DNA of 64,000 nucleotides from assembly GCA_028023455.1 (NCBI GenBank), contig JAQFVV010000007.1:8308001-8372000 (forward strand), in the 5' to 3' direction. The stretch's first letter is position 1. Every line of letters starts with the position of its first letter. Of this stretch, positions 50,561 through 61,938 are shown in pieces. The notes below the pieces were generated by a model that was not told the origin of the DNA, did not search any database, and worked only from the letters and a program-made list of their open reading frames with translations. The translations under genes were made by a program, and so were the position numbers. This stretch comes from Epiperipatus broadwayi. Lineage: Eukaryota > Animalia > Onychophora.

Positions 50561-52659
50561 CTCTATCACTGCACCAAACCATGAGATGCTTTGAAACAAT
50601 TTATAAATGGATTCATCTCCTTGGATATCAAATTTAAAATAGGATGAAAGATTGTTCCATTCTTTGGTAATTAAAAAATAATACATAGTGGTGTCTGCAA
50701 TTTATTTCTGAATTAATGCATGATTTATGTATCATAATAGTTCAGCTATTAATGCTGAATATTTTAAAATGCCATTGTGTCTGGATTATAATTTATGGCA
50801 TGAAACATGATAGTGCATTACTACTCCTTAACTCACAATGAAACAATGCACAAACATTAAATTTTGTTTTATTTCTACTGAATCATTTAAAATAATTCTA
50901 CATAAGTAGACTGTTTTCAAGTGGTTGACAAGGTTGTATGATAAAACATAACTAAAGATGGTCTACGAATGAGTAAATGATGCTGTTATATTTCTTACCA
51001 TAACTCACAATCCATATAAGCTAGCATCTTAAAACTTTTACACTCCAATAATCATTACATGACACCTGTTGATTCACAAATGACATAGCAAGCATATTGG
51101 AGAAAGAGCCAATCACCTTTTCACAGTAGCATATGGCAGAATGTTTCTTATGTTTTAAATGCAACATACAAAGACTTTGGTTTGTTAATTAATGTTCTAG
51201 AAATTCAAATGCTTTAGTAAATAATATTGGGAAAAAAGAAGATCTTAATCGATTTTTACCTTGACTAAGTATCAGTTTAAGAATGCATCAATTTAAATAC
51301 TTTGATCACTCTTTAGGTGGAAATAGATATTTCAGTGTTGAGATGAAAATCTGGCTCCAATGTATTTATTTGTGTTTAACAACTTATAGTGGTAATTAGT
51401 CATGGTGATACAAATGCTTTCATCAAGCTATATATCTTTTGCTGACAATACATTAAATATATATATATATATAAAATACATATTTTGCGGGTTCATCCGT
51501 GTTAAAAACTTTTAATACCAATACACTGACGTTTCGACTTGGTCACACAAGCCATCCACAGAGTTATAAAAAGGTAGAAAGACGGTTGTAGAGGCGCTAC
51601 AATCACTGGTTTGAATAAAACATTAAAAATCCCACCAATAGCAAAAATGTTAAATTTAAGAATGTTTTTTAAAGAAATCTTTCCAAATAGGAGGAAGTTT
51701 GCACGTATCATCCGCTTATTGATACAATCTGGCCTTTTAAGTATCTCAATGGCTTCTCTGATTTTGCATTGGTAGAGATTATCACATCTGGATATGATCC
51801 TGGTACTAGAAAAATCTATTTTATGACCTGAATCTATAGTATGGAGAGAGAGTGATATGATGAGTGTTGTTTAACTGCATTAGCATGCTCATCTCCCTAA
51901 CACTGATGCACGATTACTCATACCTATGTAAGAAGCTTTACAATTTTTACATGAGATTTGATAGACACCATGAGATTAAGAGGATTGAATCCTTAGGTTG
52001 GTTATTATTTGCTGATCTTTTGATGAGCAGAAAATGCTGTATCTATATTATAGCGTTTTAATATTCATACTTCTGTGTTCCTTTACATATGGACACAAAT
52101 CTTAATAGCTGACTTATCATCTTTTGTTCCTATTTCATTTTGGGCTTGAAATAGGTTTTTTTTATAAATTGTAATTATAACTATTTGCTAATAAAACACT
52201 ATTAATATATTTATTTCTTCTTTAGATGTGTCATCTGAAAGATTAATTGCTCTATTTAAAAGAGTTTTGGTAAGAAACTATCTGAGTTGGATGATGAGAA
52301 TGGAAATGTAAATATGTTTGTGTATCCTTTCTGTAAATAGAAAAGATAAACTATTTGGGTTCTGGACTAGAACATCAAGAAAGGAGTTTCATCAGACTCT
52401 GCTCCATTAATTTAATATGAGGATGCATATTATTTAAATGTAAGAAAAAATCATCTAATGTATTTTTTCCATGTGCCATATACAAAAGTGTCATCTATAC
52501 TGGCCAAATGAGAGGTTTTAAAGATGATGATTCTAAAGCACGAGTTCTATATATTCCATGAATAAATCAGCTATTACTCCTGAGATAGGTGAGCCCATAG
52601 GAGTACCAAAACTTTCTGTAGCTGTCCATGTATACAAAATATGTATTTGAGACAATGGC

Positions 52660-53634
52660 AGCAACAGACAAGTTTTTTGGTACTCCTATGGGCTCACCTA
52701 TCTCAGGAGTAATAGCTGATTTATTCATGGAATATATAGAAACTCGTGCTTTAGAATCATCATCTTTAAAACCTCTCATTTGGCTCAGATACATAGATGA
52801 CACTTTTGTCATATGCAACATGGAAAAAATACATTAGATGATTTTTTCTTACATTTAAATAATATGCATCCTCATATTAAATTTACAATGGAGACAGAGT
52901 CTGATGGAAAACTCCCTTTTCTTGATGTTCTAGTCACCAGAACACCAAATAGTTTATCTTTTTCTATTTACAGAAAGGATACACACACAGACAGATATTT
53001 ACATTTACATTCTCATCATCACCCAACTCAGATAGTTTCTGTAGCCAAAACTCTTTTAAATAGAGCAATTAACCTTTCAGATGACACACATCTGAAAGAA
53101 GAAATAAATCATATTAATAGTGTTTTATTAGCAAATAGTTATAATTACAAATTTATAAAAAAAGCCTTATTTCAAGCCCAAAATAGACAAAATAGGAAAC
53201 AAAAAGATGATAAGTCAGCTATTAGGATTTGTGTTCCATATGTAAAAGGAACTACAGACAGTATCGGACGTATATTAAAACGCTATAATATAGATACAGC
53301 ATTTTCTGCTCATCAAAAGATCAGCAATATAATAACCAAGCCTAAGGATTCAATCCCTCTTGAATCTCATGGTGTCTATCAAATCTCATGTAAAAATTGT
53401 AAAGCTTCTTACATAGGTATGAGTAATCGTCACATCAGTGTTAGGAGAGATGAGCATGCTAATGCAGTTAAACAACACTCATCATCATCAGCACTCTCTC
53501 TCCATACTATAGATTCAGGTCATAAAATAGATTTTTCTAGTACCAGGATCATATCCAGATGTGATAATCTCTACCAATGCAAAATCAGAGAAGCCATTGA
53601 GATACTTAAAAGGCCAGATTGTATCAATAAGTGA
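52660..53634 (+). pseudogene. PLE reverse transcriptase C-terminal half + GIY-YIG endonuclease (right arm, one frameshift near 52815)
   Basis: GTPMGSPISGVIADLFME, WLRYIDDTFVI, HPHIKFTME, LPFLDVLV, IYRKDTHTDRYL, and HGVYQISCKNCKASYIGMSNR...EAIEI. Confidence 0.95.
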
Positions 53635-53782
53635 GATGATACGTGCAAACTTCCTCCTATTTGGAAAGATTTCTTTAAAAAACATTCTTAAATTTAACAT
53701 TTTTGCTATTGGTGGGATTTTTAATGTTTTATTCAAACCAGTGATTGTAGCGCCTCTACAACCGTCTTTCTACCTTTTTATA

Positions 53783-53822
53783 ACTCTGTGGATGGCTTGT
53801 GTGACCAAGTCGAAACGTCAGT
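53783..53822 (+). ncRNA. Minimal type I hammerhead ribozyme motif of the PLE terminus (mirror copy at ~51528-51567, minus)
   Basis: ACT-CTGTGGA-T-GGCTTG-TGTGAC-CAAGTC-GAAA-CGTC-AGT. Stem II has 6 bp, there is a GUC cleavage triplet and a 3-bp stem I. The core reads CUGUGGA rather than CUGANGA in both arms. Confidence 0.65.
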
Positions 53823-55750
53823 GTATTGGTATTAAAAGTTTTTAACACGGATGAACCCGCAAAATATGTATTTTATATATTTAACCCGTGCAAATCTTCG
53901 TTTTAACATATATATATATATTGAAGCAGTCAACCTGATACTCAGGTTGAGCTTCACAAACCACTCAGAATCTCCCACCACCAAACCATATTTAAACTCC
54001 TTCCTTACGCATATATACGTATTTTTTAATACATATATTTTTTTTTTCCTTAACTAATAAAATAATAACTGACATAGTTATATATAGATATCTTAATGTA
54101 ACTACTTTTAATAAATAAATATTTGATTTTATTTTAATTCGTATATGTGCGTAATGGATATATAAGGGGAGATTAATTTTAAAATCTATATAAAGAAAAA
54201 ATGTATTATATTAATGTATATTTTAAAAATTATATGTATAATTTGTTATTTTTTTAGTAATGGTGGTCATAAAAAACTGACGCAATCTTGTAAGAATATT
54301 GTCGAATGTAATTAAGACAATTTACCGGAAACCCATTAGTCCATCTAAAACATAAGATAATTTTATAACAGTAATGTAAAAATTCATTAGTGGAAATTTT
54401 ATCCACTTCAAATTTGTTTTAAAATTTTAGATCATATTTTAAAACAATCAGTTCGAGAAACTCTAACAGGATTGCATTGTCTTTAAAACTTACATTAACA
54501 AAAGGTGCATCCAGTCAGGAAGTTCCAGATCAGCTAAGTGCATAAAGTGCCTCAGGTCTAGCAGTTAAGTGCACTCTAAGATAAATAAAGAAATAGTATA
54601 AATACTGCTAGATTTAAATTCTGTGGGGAGACTTGTAATTATAAAACAGCAATGGTAAATATAATCCCCGCTTGGTGATATAATAATCCAATGTGTCGTT
54701 AGTGGAAATTTTTACCTTTCTCTCAGTTCAACATGATCTTCCCGCACTTATCATCCAGGAACCCATCACTTATGAACTTTAATGTGCTAAAAAATTGGAC
54801 AATGAATGCTACCTGCTTGATCGACCAAATCTAACTAGATCTAGTTCACCATTTCCAATGGATGCTGAAGTCATCAAGAATCACCATTAATTACAAAGGT
54901 AAAGAACTTTAGCCACTACCTAATGTTTAAATTCTTAAGTTCAGCCTTCTGTAAATATTTCTCATAACCCTGTCTGTCATTTAAAATAATAGTATTCTAT
55001 CAGCTCGTCTTTCAACCAGAAATTAAATATGCCGTTAATAATTTGTAATTTACTTATCTGATATTAGCATGTACATAACTCTATATACCTTTCTTTAATT
55101 TTCTTTTATCATTGAGCCTCTATTAAATAAATGTAATATTTTCTTTCACCTTTATGTGACAATAATATATTATAATTCTAATCTTTGTGTTTTATATTTT
55201 ATTTATGTTTCAATAATATGCCAATAATTTCCTAAAGTTGCAAGAATATTCGCTCATCTTTTTCTTTTATTTTATTCACCCTTCTTTTCATGGGGAGGTT
55301 AGTTTAGCTTTTTAATTCAAACAAGTTTGTTATTTTGACATCAGTGAACTCTTGCAAAGTTTGGAAAACAAATTAATTATCTTATAATGTCATTGTAGAA
55401 AAACAGAGTAGAAATCTGTTTTTTTTTTAAGAAATGTTTTTTTTTTTAATTTTTATTTAAATAATAAGCAATAATCTTAAAACTTTAAGAAATCAAATCT
55501 GTTTATTATGAAATTAATAACCACCAACCCATTTGTATATGTTTAAATTATGTCTAGTATAATATAAAAGCACTTATAACCGAATTCTCATATTTATTTA
55601 ATGTTGTGGTAAGTTTATAGATAAATTAAAATAAGGGGAAAGGGGAGTAAGTTTAAATAATCCATTACTGTTTAGTATTTAAATCATACTATTACATTGG
55701 ACATTCCCAATATATATATATATAAGTTATCAATCATTCATCCTTAGTTT

Positions 55751-56142
55751 TTAAAATATTATATGTCTTTCGTTCCAAGCATTGTATGCAAACAGACCTC
55801 CATGTTCAATTACACGTGTGTCTTCGTGCTTCGTTCCCTGGGATTTTTGGTAATCCGGATACTGTATATTCATTCCAAGTCCAAAAACATGGCTGGCAAA
55901 CCCCCCCCCTCCATGGAACTTATTTGTCATATGAGCTATTGACATAGGGTTGCTCTGGAAAAATCCAGCCTATTGCTATTAATAGCCAACACCTTCATTC
56001 TGTGAACTGAACCTGCCAAAGTAGTAGCAAGAATTCGGTCACCATTCTTCATCCTTAAATTTGAAAGCACATTTTCTAAATCCGAGACTGGATTACATAA
56101 TTCCCCATCATGCATACACCACTCTCTCAAAGTTCTCACCAT
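55751..56142 (-). other. Unidentified protein-coding fragment (two overlapping ORFs, ~130 codons)
   Basis: A GC-richer, CpG-retaining island with protein-like composition, open across one frame change. No motif recognised. Confidence 0.3.
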
Positions 56143-56784
56143 AACTCAAACCTATGAATGTCCATAAACCATAACATTATGATTATACTAAACAGATCTA
56201 TTTATTATATTTATTAATGTTTTCATATGAGTGTCCTTTTTGCGACACCATTATATATATATATGTCAATGAGCTATAACACACACGTATCTCACTCAGT
56301 ATAAACTGAGAGTAATTTACTTAGACCTGTAAAGTATATTTTGTCATAAAATTATCATTCTAAATATTCGGTCAAGTGCTATACTTTGTTCTTTCTGGGG
56401 GTGGATTGGTATCTCGCAAAGATATTTCCTCATAGTGCTAAATCAACTGTCCATTAGGATATTTATTAATTATTGGCATATGAGTTAGCCACAATAAAAA
56501 AAAATAATAATTAAAGTTGTCATTCTAAGTTATAAACAAATTTCATGTGATTTACCTGTTACCATGTAAATGTCAATCAAATTATATGTACGTCAAGAGG
56601 CCAATGACGATTAATGAAATAATAAAACAAGTATTTATACCTACTTCTTTAAATTAATAAATCTTATATATATCATAAACTTGCAGAAATCATCGTTTCT
56701 TTTTATTTAAAATATTAATATTTTAGTTATTAAATTATAATAGCCCTGACTAGATGATCTCTTGCTAATCCTCTCTCTCTATAT

Positions 56785-58517
56785 TGTACCGAGATACATC
56801 AGGAAGGAGTGTGCTTTCTACGAAGTTACACATAATTTTGAAAAAAAATATAAATTGATAAACGATTTGTGTAAATATTTAATAAAAATAAAAGGTCTTG
56901 TAGGGTAAAATAAGAATAAAAGGATTTTTTTTTCTCATAGACAGGTTTATCGTTAAAAGCATAAATTAGACAGTTTTATAAAATATAATTTTGAATCGTA
57001 TTTAAATAAAACCTAAAGAACTAAAATTTGATTTAAGATTGCTTTAAGAAAAAAAAAAAAAAACAAGGTGGAATTCGTTTTGTCTTATAATTATAATAAT
57101 AAAAAAAAAAATGTAATCAAAGGAATGTAGTGAACAATGGGAGCTAATGACGAACATAAGAAATTTCCATTAAACGGCTAGTTAGTGAAAATAACTTTAA
57201 CAAAGGAATTGAAATAACTTTAACAAAGAAATTGAAATAATTCTAACAAAGAAATTGAAATAACTCTAACAAAGAAATTGAAAATAACTTTAACAAAGAA
57301 ATTGAAATAACTCTAGCAGAGAGTACAAAGAAATTGAATGACCAATGCAAACACCAGAAAGTCAGCACGGACCGTAACTGAAACACCAGAGGATTAGTTA
57401 TGTATTGTAGATTGAATCCGCAAGATAAGGACCGTAAAATATAAAAGGGCGAATTTTCTATTGTATTATTAATTAAAATTATTTTTATAGATCGAGAGCA
57501 TTGAATATTAATATACGTCTCAAGCTAAACATAATGCTGCACTGTTAAACCCATCGTGTGAACAGCCGGCCAAATCCTTCCCGCAATACCAACAGCAAAC
57601 AGTTCAAATGTCGATCATGGTCGCATAAAACTAGGAGACGGAGTGTCCACGTGGAGCCCACAGGATCCCAACGACATCGGGAAAAGGAGTGCAAAGAGTT
57701 AGCGCTAACTGACCGAATGAAATACTATCAGAAGCAACGCTCGGAACCGTGCATAAGGGAGAAAGCTAGGTAATGTTTATTTCAATTTCTAATTCACTAA
57801 TTAAAAGCCGTAATAATAAATGGAATAATAAACTCTGAACTTTATGGTACGAACAATAATTATTAGTTGTCTTTAGCTCCATTACCCAGAGATTTTATTG
57901 TGACTGTGTGTATAATTATTTTTTTTATGTATTTATAATATGAAATTTTGATTGTATTAAATATTATTTGAACTTGAACGAAAGTGCAATTAATTATATT
58001 ATAAGACCAAACGAAGTGTAATAGCGTAAATGGAGACTTCATGGGTTAGTGATTACTTAAATTAGATTTAAATTAAATAATTAAATAAAAGAAAAAGAGA
58101 AAGCGAGAAATTTAGCGCAGAGAAAGATTCATAAATTGATTTTTTTTAGGTAGGCGGATTATATTTAATTGATTGTTGTAGCTGAGCTAGCGGGAGCGGG
58201 TACTAGATCGTATTGGTCAAGCAGACTTGTCGACAAAGGTCGGCTGGCACCCATTGGATTTTTTCCTTTGAATAAATAAAAAGTTTGATTGGCTAATATG
58301 TGATCTAGTAAACGAGTGTTAATGTTATTGGCAAATGTTTGCAAATGATATTGATTACTCTACCCGAGGTATCGACAGCCCCATGATAGGATTTTGTGTA
58401 AGAGGGAGGTACAAAGTTCTGATCGAGTCGTCATTATAAACATTAAACATTTTATTGATTTTATATAAATAATGTTTTTATAAAATTTACGAGACGACAT
58501 GTAAAGGGCCAGGTATA
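56785..58517 (+). repeat. 5' LTR (1733 bp)
   Basis: TGTACC...GGTATA. About 98-99% identical to 60208-61938 by eye. Confidence 0.95.
57187..57316 (+). repeat. ~23-bp tandem array inside the LTR (also 60607-60736)
   Basis: GAAATAACTYTAACAAAGAAATT, about 5.5 copies. Confidence 0.9.
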
Positions 58518-58519
58518 AA

Positions 58520-58535
58520 TGGCGCGTCAACGTGG
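58520..58535 (+). promoter_or_regulatory. Primer-binding site, tRNA-Lys(CUU)-like
   Basis: TGGCGCGTCAACGTGG, 2 nt after the 5' LTR. It resembles the Lys(CUU) PBS TGGCGCCCAACGTGGGGC imperfectly. Confidence 0.65.
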
Positions 58536-58843
58536 AATGAAACTAAACATTTTGAATGGCAGAACCGATGTGAGTCATGACTGGACGTCTTAAGCGGTGT
58601 GGCCAGAGTCGTGTATGAGTGACAGAAGTGATAGCTAGTAAAAAGAAGCGGGAGGGAGCGTGATAGTAGGATTAGAAAACGGTATAAGCAGCACAACTGT
58701 AAAGGTGATTTTGCAATTATATAAGACGTGGAGGCATAGGGACACTCCGGGGAATTTTAGTATAAGAAAAAAAAAAGGGGAACTGGGAAGGTTAGGTTTT
58801 GGTTGTACGTACGTAAGTTTATTATTATTATTAAAAAGAAAAA

Positions 58844-60010
58844 ATGGACGAAAGTGGAAACGACGGGAGGGCAACGCCAGAAGTAAGCCCGATTTTTTTT
58901 AAAAATCCGCAAATAGTGGAAGAAAGTGCATTCCAAATTTTGATGAACATGATGGAAGAGATACGTAAAGACATCAAACAAAATCAACAAGAAATGAAGC
59001 AGGAAATAAATGAACTTAGGACAGAGATGAGAGAAATGAAACAGGAGTTGACAGCAAGAATGGATGCATACGAGGAAGTGATAGGAGTAATGAAAAAGGG
59101 TGTAGAAGAAGAAAGGTACGAAATGTTAGAATTAAAAGAAAATATAGAAGCGAGGGAAGAATCAAGCAGTATAGGGAAAAGCCAACTAGCAGAGAGAATA
59201 GTACACGTGGAAGAGATATGTCAAGACTTAATAAGTAGCCAGGAAACGATGTGACAGGAATTAGGGAACTTAGAGAATGAAATAGAGACCGCCAAGAATA
59301 TCAAAACTAAAGTAAAGGAGATATGTAAAGACATAGTGGGGGACACAGGGCAGAAAATAAGACAGGTAGAACAGAAGTATGAGGAGTTTAAGATTGAGAG
59401 TAGACACAGTGAACAGACGAGTAGATTTATGGAGAAGCAGTTTGCCATTGTGGTATTCAAAGCGGAGGTAGGAGAAAACCCGCTGAAACACTTAGAAAGC
59501 CTGAATAATATGTTCCATAGTAAAAGTTTACCGGAAGAGGACAAGGTTGCGGTGGCCAGTAGTTACCTCCAAGAGACGGCATGTGATTGGTGGCACACCT
59601 TGGACGAGAAACCACAAACCTTCGGAGAATACAGACAGGCTATGTTAAGTGCATTTTGGAATGAGGCTAGGCAAGACGGAATCCTGTATAAGATATCCCA
59701 CGAGAGATATTCAAGTGTGCGAGGAGAGACGTATGTGAAATTCTTTTACCGACAAGTGTCAAAACTTAAGGCATTGACGGCATTCCCTATGTCAGATGGT
59801 CAGATAATCAGAACACTACGCAATAATATGCCGCCAAACATACAACAACTAATGTTAAGTAAAGACGGACGGTCAGTGGAGGAAATGGCGAAATTTCTAA
59901 CACAGATTGATTATGGCAATCTAGCTAGGGAACCTCCAGATTGATATAGGAGATGGGATGGGTACAACGACCCACATGGCAAGAAGGGAGAACCACCTGA
60001 TCGAGCGTAA
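58844..60010 (+). pseudogene. gag: Gag: N-terminal coiled coil + retrotransposon capsid domain, two in-frame TGA stops
   Basis: ORFs 58844-59254 and 59336-59944 are in one frame. The capsid-like segment is FKAEVGENPLKHLESL...VAVASSYLQETACDWW...TFGEYRQAMLSAFW...YVKFFYRQ. The frame continues past TGA 59942-59944 to TAA 60008-60010. Confidence 0.88.
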
Positions 60011-60187
60011 ATAAATAAATAAAAAAAGATGAATAAATACGTATAACAAGACCGCAAACTTAACGAGTAACACGGACACACGAGAATAAGAGAGGACGAA
60101 CTTCCATCAAAATAAATCAAGGGGAATGTATAGTAAGAATAAAGTTGAATGTTGAAACTAAAACCTTCAGATTGATATTTTAGTTTC

Positions 60188-60207
60188 AAAAAGGGGGGAC
60201 GGAGAAA
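60188..60207 (+). promoter_or_regulatory. Polypurine tract
   Basis: AAAAAGGGGGGACGGAGAAA immediately before the 3' LTR. Confidence 0.9.
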
Positions 60208-61938
60208 TGTACCGAGATACATCAGGAAGGAGTGTGCTTTCTACGGAGTTACACATAATTTTGAAAAAAAATATAAATTGATAAACGATTTGTGTAAATA
60301 TTTAATAAAAATAAAAGGTCTTGTAGGGTAAAATAAAAATAAAAGGATTTTTTTTTTCTCATAGACAGGTTTATCGTTAAAAGCATAAATTAGACAGTTT
60401 TATAAAATATAATTTTGAATCGTATTTAAATAAAACCTAAAGAACTAAAATTTGATTTAAGATTGCTTTAAGAAAAAAAAAAAAAAACAAGGTGGAATTC
60501 GTTTTGTCTTATAATTATAATAAAAAAAAAATGTAATCAAAGGAATGTAGTGAACAATGGGAGCTAATGACGAACATAAGAAATTTCCATTAAACGGCTA
60601 GTTAGTGAAAATAACTTTAACAAAGGAATTGAAATAACTTTAACAAAGAAATTGAAATAATTCTAACAAAGAAATTGAAATAACTCTAACAAAGAAATTG
60701 AAAATAACTTTAACAAAGAAATTGAAATAACTCTAGCAGAGAGTACAAAGAAATTGAATGACCAATGCAAACACCAGAAAGTCAGCACGGACCGTAACTG
60801 AAACACCAGAGGATTATTTACGTATTGTAGATTGAATCCGCAAGATAAGGACCGTAAAATATAAAAGGGCGAATTTTCTATTGTATTATTAATTAAAATT
60901 ATTTTTATAGATCGAGAGCATTGAATATTAATATACGTCTCAAGCTAAACATAATGCTGCACTGTTAAACCCATCGTGTGAACAGCTGGCTGAATCCTTC
61001 CTGCAATACCAACAGCAAACAGTTCAAATGTCGATCATGGTCGCGTAAAACAAGAAGGAGACGGAGTGTCCACGTGGAGCCCACAGGATCCCAACGACAT
61101 CGGGAAAAGGAGTGCAAAGAGTTAGCACTAACTGACCGAATGAAATACTATCAGAAGCAACGCTCGGAACCGTGCATAAGGGAGAAAGCTAGGTAATGTT
61201 TATTTCAATTTCTAATTCACTAATTAAAAGCCGTAATAATAAATGGAATAATAAACTCTGAACTTTATGGTACGAACAATAATTATTAGTTGTCTTTAGC
61301 TCCATTACCCAGAGATTTTATTGTGACTGTGTGTATAATTATTTTTTTTATGTATTTATAATATGAAATTTTGATTGTATTAAATATTATTTGAACTTGA
61401 ACGAAAGTGTAATTAATTATATTATAAGACCAAACGAAGTGTAATAGCGTAAATGGAGACTTCATGGGTTAGTGATTACTTAAATTAGATTTAAATTAAA
61501 TAATTAAATAAAAGAAAAAGAGAAAGCGAGAAATTTAGCGCAGAGAAAGATTCATAAATTGATTTTTTTTAGGTAGGCAGATATTTAATTGATTGTTGTA
61601 GCTGAGCTAGCGGGAGCGGGTACTAGATCGTATTGGTCAAGCAGACTTGTCGACAAAGGTCGGCTGGCGCCCATTGGATTTTTTCCTTTAAATAAATAAA
61701 AAGTTTGATTGGCTAATATGTAATCTAGTAAACGAGTGTTAATGTTATTGGCAAATGTTTGCAAATGATAGTGATTACTCTACCTGAGGTACCGACAGCC
61801 CCGTGATAGGATTTTGTGTAAGAGGGAGGTCCAAAGTTCTGATCGAGTCGTCATTATAAACATTAAACATTTTATTGATTTTATATAAATAATGTTTTTT
61901 ATAAAATTTACGAGACGACGTGTAAAGGGCTAGGTATA
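60208..61938 (+). repeat. 3' LTR (1731 bp)
   Basis: TGTACC...GGTATA followed by the ATAT TSD. Confidence 0.95.

Larger units (their letters stand above)
51471..53880. mobile_element. Head-to-head palindrome of a 5'-truncated Penelope-like element
   Basis: 51471-~52630 is the reverse complement of ~52655-53880. Both outer ends run into (TA)n. Confidence 0.92.
56785..61938 (+). mobile_element. Structurally complete non-autonomous Ty3/gypsy-type LTR element carrying gag only
   Basis: Two ~1.73 kb LTRs, an ATAT TSD (56781-56784 / 61939-61942), PBS, PPT, and a 1690-bp interior with a single gag frame. Confidence 0.92.

Noticed and set aside
57187-57316. Short tandem arrays considered as CRISPR-like
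   Set aside because: No unique spacers, no cas genes, and a eukaryotic LTR context.
57558-57773. 71-72 aa ORF present in both LTRs (also 60978-61196)
   Set aside because: The repetition is explained by LTR duplication. It has a non-ATG start, low-complexity basic composition and no domain.
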